From: Macrostomum lignano
Taxonomy: Eukaryota
Length of the DNA stretch: 64,000 nt
NCBI GenBank assembly: GCA_002269645.1
Contig: NIVC01002967.1
Location: 62,001-126,000 of the forward strand
Reading direction: 5' to 3'
Numbering within the stretch: position 1 is the stretch's first letter; each line of letters begins with the position of its first letter. Both the position numbers and the translations under genes were made by a program. Below the pieces are notes generated by a model. That model did not search any database, was not told the origin of the DNA, and saw only the letters and a program-made list of their open reading frames with translations. Positions 33,346 through 64,000 of the stretch are shown one piece after another.

Positions 33346-36300
33346 TTTTGCCTTCCTATTCATCGTACTTGCCAAGCCAGCAACTTACCTGCAATTTAGT
33401 TAAAGTAGAGAATTTCTCTAAGAATCTTATATTTTTAAGGTGGGACTTTTTAATTTAAACTTTTTTCTCTCAATTTTCTCGCTATATAGCTCGTAATAAT
33501 TTTTACTTAATATTGAAAACAATTAAAAAAGCACATTTTCTTAAGAACCAATTTCTTCTTCACTTTTAAAAATCACCTTACGAGCGTATTCGTGTAAACT
33601 TGTCACGGACAAAGATGTTTGCTATGAATCACTTTTTCTCTAAAATTAGTTAGCGAAATTGCCAGCAGTGCAAAATCGGCGCTAGTGATGCGCTAGTGGC
33701 TCGGGTAGTATAATCACTATGCGATCTCTAAAATTTCAGGTTACATGTAGTCTATCATCAGTGCTACAAGAAGGCTGGTTAGCAAGTTGCAGGCTAGAAT
33801 TGTACAATATCTTTCTTATTTAGCAAATTAATAGTACATGTAGCTAGTCTCGCCAGCGTAAGAACCCTCTGCACAAGTCCCCTCTGTCCCCGCATGGCCA
33901 ATACGATCGAATCCCAGCAGTGTCCCAATTATCATCGGCTATGACTTCGAGAATGACGACAAAAAGGCACTAGTTGGCAAGTAAGTGCAAAGCCCCCTTT
34001 CTAGTCGGAAGCCCGATTTCGAAAGCTCCGGTTTGGTGAGCCGGTGCACGGGCTGGTGCATGGCGGCGGGTCAGTTATCTGTGGATTAGCCAATCTCTAC
34101 CTTTAAAATTCTCCCTGCTTGTCTCTCGCTGTCCCTCTCTTAGCTATATGACCTAGACTGCTCGCCACAGATCAAGCTACCTTGGGGCTGACCATCTGAC
34201 AGGAGTGGAGAGGTCAGGACTCTAATTGATTCATTTCTGAGGCCTGAGGCCCTGAAGCTTTAATGCCAAAAAGATCGAAACCCATCACTATCTATCTGCT
34301 TCCAAAAAAGCTAGGTATGTAACAGTCAAGGACCACTAGCATAAAGTTAAGTAGTTAAGTAGTCCTTGGTAACAGTTTTTTTGTGCCGCAGAAAAATAAT
34401 TAATTTCCTTTCTCTAAATTGCCTTCTTCACAAATCTGGTCCTGAAAATTTTATTAAGAAGAATGTTTCGCGTCCTACTTAATCAAGCCGTCCTTTATTT
34501 TACCGTTAAAAATATTATTTCTACTGCAGCCCCCAAGCGTTAGCTACTCGTATATGGGCTATAGTCTATCATCAATAGAGCAAAAATGTATAGATGTACG
34601 CAGAATACGACGTAGCTGCTTATACTACTCTAGGTGTATCTATCTACATGTACATATCATAATTGTATACCATAGCATAGTTGAAGATACGCAAACATTG
34701 TTAGAACGCTGGAACATGAAATTTACAATTAAATATTTAACGCTTTCAGTAAAGGCAAATATGAGTACTTTATTAATTATTTGCAAAATCATGTCACCTA
34801 CTGCCCCATTTTATTTATGGATAGTAGCATGCAAAGTTTAACAGGCGAATAAAATGACTGGCAAAGTAACATAACAGATCTCGTGAAAATTTTGACATTC
34901 AATAGTAAAGTAATCATTATTGAGCATGAGCAATTACCAAGTTTTTACAAAATTTTCAGTCTATATGAGCACAGCTTTCAGTGATGCATAATATTTAGAC
35001 GTTTTATAAAATAGCCAAGCCTATATATATGCGTTTATACCATATATAGATATAGACCTTGTGCCATTGATCAAGAAATTGCATCTCGATGGCGCAGATT
35101 AATATTAATAACAAAATACTAGTAAAGCAAGTTGTCTGTCAACAATATGTAAAATTACTACTACAAGTAAAAGGATGAAAAGTTATTGTTTCTTAGAATT
35201 TTAAATGAATCAATTATTGTCTCATGCTCAAAAAAAGATTTACATATGTGCAGTGAAAATTCAAAAAAGTATTAATGTGCAAATTTAAAACAACCAGCAA
35301 GCTTTCAAACTTTTTTCAAGAAAAAGAGCGCTTCATTCTTCAACTTTTAAAATAAGTATAAATAGCTATTTTTAGAATATAAACACCCGAAAGTCATCGA
35401 AAATTAGAAAATAATTTTTGTTATACGTACAACGAAAGCTGTCTTAATTTCCAGTCAACTACTGAATATGAAAAAGCGAAAAGAAGTAGGCTATCACGGG
35501 TATTGCTATCGTCTTTTGTCATTCAGAGAAAAAATAAGTCCTCAATATTTCAATCAAAAAAGGAAATTCTAGACACAAATAACTAAAGTTTGAAGAAACC
35601 AGTGCGTGAAAGGCACAACTCAGGTTTTACATGCAGACATGGCGAAACACAGCTGTGTTGAAAATAGTATTTTAAGCCAGCTAATATTGAATAAATAAAT
35701 AAAAAATTCAAGAAAGTAAAAAGCTTTAAATGGTCCGTATACTTTCCTAGGCATTTATAATAAAACGTTCTCTTGTCATAATAGAAACATAAATATAGTT
35801 ATAACAAATCTGAAATCCTTTTGTAAAAGTTTCAAACAACACCTATTGAACCTGAAACTACAAACATTTCGATGTTTTAAACTATCGCAGTATCCATTAA
35901 TTAAAAGTGGAGATTAAACAAATTGAGGTCAAAATGGTGAAAAAATAAAGCTACTTTAAAACATTACATTGTCGAATAAACTAGCTAAGAAAACGGTGCC
36001 TAAATTATTAGACATGAACACAGAAACTTCACAGAATGCTCAATAGTTTCTATTTACACCATACTATTAGAATAAAAAAGCATTTGCGCTTAAACTACTC
36101 TTTGGGTGAAGAAAGGGAACAGTAGTATGTGCCATAGACAGAATTGCTTGAGCCTTATCTATTCATCGGGGCTAGGAAAACTTTTATTTTACCTCAGATG
36201 GAGAACCCAGCCTATGACTACGGGCCAGAGGAGGGGAGAGAAGAGAGACAAGAGTGAGAACAGAGATGAGAAGAGAGCAATTACCTGGAACCGTGAAGTT

Positions 36301-36595
36301 TCAAAGCACCCGAGGGCAGCATGTGACTCGTGGGCCGGAATTCGCTAACCCCTGATTCACATCAATTTACTAGCATTCCTACTAATTCCTTTCACCAGAG
36401 AGCAGTAGGCTGCTTAGCATTTTAATTTTAACTTTAATTTCAACTTAGCATTCTGCGGATTTTCTGCTAACATTACCAACAACTATAGTCAAAAATTTCA
36501 AATTGAATACAAAAACTTTCAGTCAGAGGTAAGAAAGTGACACGCGGACCACCGACACAGGTAGAAGCTGAACAAGGCACAGAGTTGAAATCGGG

Positions 36596-56982
<20,387 letters not shown>

Positions 56983-59779
56983 CTGTATGGGGGAACAGAG
57001 GGGGTGAGGATTGGAATATTGATCATTTTTGCTGATCTTTTTGCGCTGTAGATTGCAAGGCTAAATGTCATGAAAGGCATTGACTTAACAAAGAATTCAC
57101 CGAAGTCTTCGCAATTGCTCGTAAAAATTTCTCTGTTTTAAGCGCAGCTTTATGAACACTTCGCAATCACTTACCAGTTATTGACTAAGGGTAGAAACAG
57201 AGATATAGAATCTGTGATCGGTGTGTTCTCCTGGGATTTATCTAGCTGTCTTAACTAAGCCTCATGCTGGTTGAAGAATATTTGACCCAGATTTTTTAGC
57301 TTGATGACCGTTTATTGGAGATGTCAACGGAGAGACAGTTCAAAATTATATACCCAACCCGTTGTACCTGCCTCTGGGCTATTGGAGACTTTCGCATGGG
57401 AAAAGTGAAATATTCCCTAGCCGGTAGGAGTGATTTAGTCAACTGAAGGTTCCCACTGGGCCGTTCCATCCCCCTCAAGGAAGGGGACGCACGCGTACCG
57501 CGAGAGCGCAGAATCCTTGAATGTACACTCCTTTCCCCCTCAAACATGGCAATTGCTGATCGCCTTCGCTGATGATGGCTGTGCAGAACAGCATCGACAT
57601 CCACTGCCGTTTCCCATAATTTCTCCTTCTCCCTCTACCCGGGATAAGCCAGCCAATGCGTCTCGGGGTAGGACGGGACTGGGGATCTGGCAAAGTTTCC
57701 AAGCACCGCACGTTCGAACCAACCGAACGCAACGCCCACCGAGTTTTCCCTTCCAAGCCGATGCTTATAGTTCAAGGCAGCGGGGAGTGTAAGATATAGG
57801 CGGCGTTGGTGATGCTGGTAGATGGAGCAGATAATCCCAAGAAGCAATTCTGCGTATTGACGCTGCAGTCAAGTCAACTTGCATGCATCTCCGCAGATTC
57901 TATTTTTGGCTGCCAGTTCTGCGCAAGCTCTTGTTTATGCAAAACATTTCTAGTGGTACTATACAAGTCTATTTAGGCCTGAAAGCTTCTAGTATTTCAG
58001 CTTTCAACTGGGGAATGGGAATAAATGCTGCCCAGAAAGGTTTGACTAACTGACTAGCTTTAGGATGGAAAATTTTATAAAATTTGATTGCTTTTAATAC
58101 TCATTTTCAGTCGACTTAGAAGTTTTTGTCTTCAGGCACTGCTTTTGACACTAGCTTAAAAACTTGTTTTCAGTGGTCAGTGGTCCTTGATTTATAGTAC
58201 TACACAAGATGGAACGCCATTTTTCCTAAAGTTTCGAAATTTCGTCTAAAAATCATTTCTATCAAGGCTAAAAGGAGTGAAATTAGTTTAAATCGAATGC
58301 TTCTTCTGGATTTTGAAGCTTTGATTCGAAAATTTGCGAATACTACTTGTGACAGTATGTGTCTTACTAACATAATTTTTCTTATTTAAAGTCTTACTAA
58401 GATGTGACCCCCAGACAGACAAATGTGACCCCTCAAACCGACTGATTGATCCCCAGACAGAACTGTTGCATTAGACCATTGATGAAATGCGTAGGAAAAA
58501 TGTGAATGTGCAATGTTTTCTTAAAAAGCTTACGAAAAGATTATGTTTTTCTCGCAATTTATCCTTGAATTTAATACACCCATTGCCCCATTACATATAC
58601 GGTTGTGTAGCGTTGTTCACTCACCGAATCACCGTAGCTTCTGCCGTACATGGTTTCGAAAAATTAGCCACGGATAAAACTTGGACGCTGCTCTTTTCAG
58701 GTGCTACGAAATTATTCTGGACCGAAAATCGAGGAATTAATCGGTAGAAGCGAAGAGGACACGGACGTCCTCTTAGCGAAGGATTTTCTCTCCCTTCAGG
58801 TCGCTTTATGTATCACGCTGGACCAGCGAGCGATATGCCAGTAACGTTTCCGTCGAACCAGGAAGCTTATTGTACAGTCTTCGATTATGACTGGACGAAG
58901 TAACGGGTTTCTGAGGCTCGTTTCGATGTACACTTTTAAGTATAGTTTTAGCTTGCAGAACAAAATGATGCAGAAAAATTTCTTCAGCAAAACAAAAATA
59001 TCAGATAGGATTGTATAACTGCTAGCCAGAAATGCTTCGGATCGAAACAGAATGCTTTTGTTTAGAAAGTTAATAAAACAAAAATACCAATTTCAAGCAG
59101 AACTCTTAACTAATCAAAGTCTAAATGATTCAGCCTTTCTAGCTAGCTCTGAGAGGTTGTACGCAAGAAGGGTATATATACTGTATGCAAGCATCAATCC
59201 CGCATATTCATTCTAGCGCGTTCGCAAAAAATCAAAGACAAGAGGGAAGTAACACCAATAGAAAGTAGACGGAAACTTCTGGAAGAAGTACGTGTAAGAT
59301 CGGTAAGACCAAGTGTACCTTCGAACACCTCTGTTCCTTCTAACAGATCTTTCTCTTTTCTTCCTCTCTCTCTTCCACTTTCTCTTTAGCATAGAAACTT
59401 TGCTGCCGAAAACTTTCCTAATTTCTCCTCCCATGTACCGAAATAGAAGCCAATATGCCACTCTACCTTTACTGAACCCTAACATGTACCTATTCGTTCG
59501 TCCGTACTGTAGGCTTTTTCTGTAGGCATTTACAGGTTTCTATCACACCAATTTGCTTTCTGGTTTGTTGGCTAACCAATCAAAATTATGATTCCATGTA
59601 AAAAAGACTACAGTTTAACCGCATGTTCGAAGCGTACTTTGACATTTGATGTTACAGGCGCACTCTGCACTGCCACTAGAGGTACTACTGTACCTATACT
59701 GATCAATATCAGGATATCCATCGATTCTATCTGTATCGATCATATGTGCCTTCTAAGCGAACTTTACAGCTAGCTAAGA

Positions 59780-60230
59780 CAGTCTTCAGAACTTAACTTG
59801 TGCTCGGGCTCACTAGACTGCCTTTCGTTCTGTAGACGGCAGTTCTAGCTGTACTCCGAGGCCTAACTTGACACCAGAAAGCGGCGTTCTTCCTAGCAAT
59901 GGTCGAGACTGTCCTGCTGTACAACTCGGCCGGGATCTGGATGCTAACGGACTCGCTCAAATAGTAAGTTGACGCGGCGCACACTGGCTTCAAGATCTGC
60001 GACGAGTAAGTCAACATCGCCACACTGCATCGGTCCATTCAAAAACCTGTTGCTCCGTCGGCGACTCCAGCTGGCAGGCAACTTTCTCCGCGCATACAAC
60101 CGGTGCTACTGACTCTTCAGGCACCCTACCAGCGAAGACAGACGCGAACTCAGCGTTCTTCCTGCTGGCTGACGCCCCAGATTCGGTCAGTCACGCCCAG
60201 ACCTTGATGAGGCACGACCTGTGAGGCTTC
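59780..60230 (+). mobile_element. Degenerate RTE-like LINE 3' fragment
   Basis: KAAFFLAMVETVLLYNS..WMLTDSL..VDAAH and LLRRRLQLAG across frames, with many stops. Confidence 0.65.
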
Positions 60231-62136
60231 TTTCTTTAAGAACTAACTGACTTGCTAACTTACTAACACTAAGCACGCACTGTTTTACGTTGCCTAGCAA
60301 ATTTATACATGTACTGTACGGGGCTGTCAATGATTTCCTCCATTTTTGACTATTTAAATCTAACTGCCGGAAAAAATATGATGCTAATTTTTTTCATATT
60401 GTAATAAAGTAATTACTAACTACGCGAAACATATTACTTATCAGAGTGTACCGATAGAACTTTGTACCAAATATGTATTTTTTCAGTTTAAAGTTTGCAC
60501 TGGACAGTTTTTAAATTTAAGAAGAGGACAGTCAGATAAGTTAGAAGAGAATAAAGTTGCAAGTTCATGAATTTATAAGCTCAAAAACTTTACTGCTATC
60601 CACAGTTTAAAAACTGAGGCCCCTAAAAAACCGAGATAAAAATTATAAAATAAAGTATGTTGGATCTGAAATTAAATATTAAATAAAAGCAACTGTGTGC
60701 TGCACTGCTATTAACTAGCAAACAAGCTTAACCACAGATAGCAAAACACTAAAAGTTATAGTGCAGGGTATACACTCCTACCTTAAATTTACATCTAGAA
60801 ACGATAAGCTCGAGAGACGTCACTGAAGCAGGCGGATATAACTAACTAGAACACTTGGCTATTGTCAAAACGACCGAGGCAACGAATTTGATTGTGCGCT
60901 CCTCCTGCACTGTAGAGTGCTGTCAGTAACGCCCACGTAACACCAAGTAAAGAATAAATGCACGCACATTTTTCTTGGAATAGCCCAATAAGCACATAAA
61001 ATCCGTCCCTTTGCACCAAGCCTGCCAGAGTATAAAACTTTGCTTGGATAATTTAAGCTAAAGAACGTTTACATTTTACGCTCGTACCCTTGCACACTAC
61101 TGCTGCTTTTATCTACGAAATCTTGCCAAGCAGCAGGCTGAAGCAGCGCAATTAATACGTACAGCATAGAACGGCTCTTTTTTACAAGTTTCGCAAGGTA
61201 TAGTTTACTGTTTCTCTTCTGTGACTGCTTTGTAAAAACTCAAATATAGAATAGGCTCGGATAGAAAGCTGAGCATAGGATTCTAAATGAAATTGAGTTA
61301 CTTTGATTTATTTAATTTATTTATTAAATATTTCATAAGCTATCCTGTTATCACTAGCAACGATAAACTTCCTCAAAATTAATTAAAGAATAGCTCTCCT
61401 TTGCCTAAATCTACTATAAACTGTCAATATAATTAATTATACAATAAGTGTTAAATCCTTAATCATTCAGTTTGTCACAATTGAAAGATGTCGGCCATCG
61501 TAGCATTTGAATTTACGCCCATAATAAGCACTATGGCGCAGTTTTAAGCTGTGGTTTACCTATTTTCTTTTAGAATTCTTATACTTTTGTGACATTGTCA
61601 CCAATACTACCACTTGCAACACTGCTAAATTTGGTAAATAATTTCCATGGCGTCTTTGAGAAGTCTTGATGGGTCGCTAAACCATGTGATAGGGTCTTCT
61701 GAACAAATTAATAGCGCAGTTTAGAGAATATGCAGCTTTGGCCGTCACTTTGATTCAATGATTTTCTGTAGGAATTTAGTTAAAAGTTAAAAAAACTTTA
61801 TTTGCGTGACTGTTTCCTTTGCGCTGCAGTAGCTCGTAATGGCCGCCACGGATTATGTTAGGCTAAAATAATGACATTATGTACAATGACGTTGCATGAT
61901 ATGCATGATATACATACACGTGATTCATGTGCATTCGATTGCAAGTCTAAGTCTTCCGAAACCTAAAATAGGCATAAGTGCTAGTATTTTCGACACATAA
62001 AACAGTTTAAAACTATTCTTACGATGATCAACCAACGTTTCAAACATTTTTTTATTTCAGAACCGAGCGAGCGGCTGACTTTTTCTCATAACTCAATTCT
62101 TAAAGTGCACGAAAGAGTTGTAGCTGTCATCTGTAT

Positions 62137-63689
62137 ATGATGCAACAGTCTGACGGCAGTTTTTCCTGTTCTGACATTACAGAGATATCAAATATTCATC
62201 CCATCCAGCATTCCCACGGTATATTTCGCTGCGAAGTGCTTCGAGAAGCCACAAACGGTGGCAGTCATTCTGCAATGAAGTCCTTTGCTAAGAGCAGAAA
62301 AATGACGAAAGAGATCTTGCAGAACTGCAAAGAAACAGAGATGCATTTAGGCGCGAGTACGAACTTCTAGCAAGCTTCAAGGATGCGAACTCCAACACGG
62401 CGCATCCCCACATTGTTTCGGTCACTGCCTACTTTGAGGTGTATCTCGATTACGGACCGTTGTTTTTGATGGAGCTTGCCGAATGCAGCCTGTTTGACGT
62501 CCTGAAAGACGAAGTAGCCTATCAAACTGATGATGCCGAAGGCAAATACTCTTTTAGCCACTGCATCAGCTTTCTGTTTCAAATTTCTACAGCACTAAAA
62601 TACTTGCACGGAGGAATTCGCTTCAACAATGAGGTAAAGCCGGTCATTCACAGAGACCTGAAAAGTTGCAATGTATTGCTGTTTAACCAGGGCAGACTAT
62701 GCAAGCTTTGCGACTTTGACATCAGCAGACCGGTAGAAAATATCATGACTGGAGGCGTCGGAACTCCCGGCTGGAGAGCACCGGAGCTGATGCCGCACAG
62801 TTCCGACAGACGGCTGGCATACACCGTCGCAGCCGACTGCTTCTCGTTCGGTGCACTCTGTCTGGAAGCGCTGTTCCGCGAAATACCAGATAAAATAGGA
62901 AAACCTTATTGTCCTACAGATTATCAAAGTGCTGACAGTATTATCTACTTCTGCGAGCGTACAAGATTGGTGGCACGTCTGAATGACTCGAAGTTCAAAG
63001 ATTCTGCCGCCTTCGGCCTCCAAATGCCGGTAATCAAAGATTTGCTATCGGGTTTGCTTGACGATGAGCCCGATAAGAGAATCACAGCCAGTCAAGCATT
63101 TGAAACTCTGAGGAGTCTCGCTCCTCAAAGCGTCTCTCCTCTATACGGACCAGAGATTCCCCACACCTCAATCGGAGTTGGACAACGCGAGGTTAGTGAA
63201 CCCATCGTTCTGGAGTCCACCGTTGAACATCCGCGCATCAGCACCAGTGAACCGAACGAGTTCGTTTCCGTATTCTACACAGTTAAGCAAGCCAATTCAA
63301 ATGCTGAATTTAACGATAATGACAAGAAAAGAATTCAAAAAGTGATGGAAGTGATGATCGAGACACTGAACACTCTTGCTAGCCCAACTGAAACGCCTTG
63401 CACCGCAAACTTCTGCATCTGCTTAACCACAGCCGATCTAGCCAATTTGATTCTAGAAATCAAAATAAAACAAAGCAACAAAAACGAAGTATCGGTGCTT
63501 GAGTGGTGTCAGAATAACGAGAAAAAATGTTCTGAGCAGTTCAGTAAATTTTTTTCAGAAGATCCAATCGTTAAGCTGCAAGATCTGGTATTCGGCATGA
63601 GGATTCCAATCAGTTTATGCCCGACGCCGATGTCGAAAGAGAAGACACGCCTGCGCCGTCGATTACGTCAAGAGCTTGCGCATTTCTAA
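62137..63689 (+). CDS. Divergent TAK1/MAP3K7-like (TKL) protein kinase; frameshift at ~62338-62340; possibly a pseudogene
   Basis: SAMK (subdomain II) in ORF 62137..62370. In the shifted frame: AFRREYELL, HPHIV, YSFSHCISFLFQ..YLHG, VIHRDLKSCN, LCDFD, GTPGWRAPE, ADCFSFG and DEPDKR. Confidence 0.8.
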
Positions 63690-64000
63690 GAGAATGCTTG
63701 TGCGCTCATGTGAGTTAGTATACGAGCGCAGATAACATTCTGTTCGTTACGGATATGTTCTGATTACGGATTCCCTACAATATTTGAAGAGCTACTTCGT
63801 ATATCTTGTGGAAGTGGCTAGCTATTTGAGTTTAACTTTAAAAAGTTTGCTAATATGCTAATATTTTTCGTAATATTTGTTGATACTTATTTGTATTTGT
63901 ATTTCTTATTATGAATAAGAAACTAACATAATTTTCCTATCAAAAAGCTTTATGAATATCAATAGAGCTATAAGAACGGCACAACATATCAAAAGATGAA

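Noticed and set aside
34245-34300. Third hammerhead (CTGAAG...GATCGAAAC)
   Set aside because: The core lacks the GA after CUGAN, there is no stem II pairing, and no cleavage triplet or stem III.
62330-62345. Programmed ribosomal frameshift in the kinase
   Set aside because: No canonical slippery heptamer or downstream structure is evident; mutation or error is simpler.

Overview
Eukaryotic (metazoan, probably invertebrate) genomic DNA with GT-AG introns, GC-rich exons and AT-rich, repeat-laden non-coding sequence. No prokaryotic operons, CRISPR arrays or genuine rRNA/tRNA genes were found. The left half (1-33.4 kb) is a dense nest of mobile and viral DNA. It holds a ~200-bp satellite array, an orphan multi-exon gene with tandemly duplicated exons, and a broken viral-type primase-helicase (AEP/PriCT-2/D5_N). 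It also holds a young 5'-truncated RNase H-bearing LINE inserted on a splice donor and fused in frame to the preceding exon, a dead piggyBac, and a spliced hAT-like transposase. A decayed Polinton/adintovirus block (penton, PLA2, integrase, pX-like), Merlin and Helentron-like miniature elements, and a Penelope remnant with a hammerhead ribozyme complete this half. The right half holds a complete minus-strand FHOD/Fhos formin gene with two alternative N-termini and minisatellite-filled introns, an RTE-like remnant, and a divergent TAK1-like kinase with a DFD motif and a frameshift. All calls come from manual motif reading and splice-phase arithmetic; no database searches were run.
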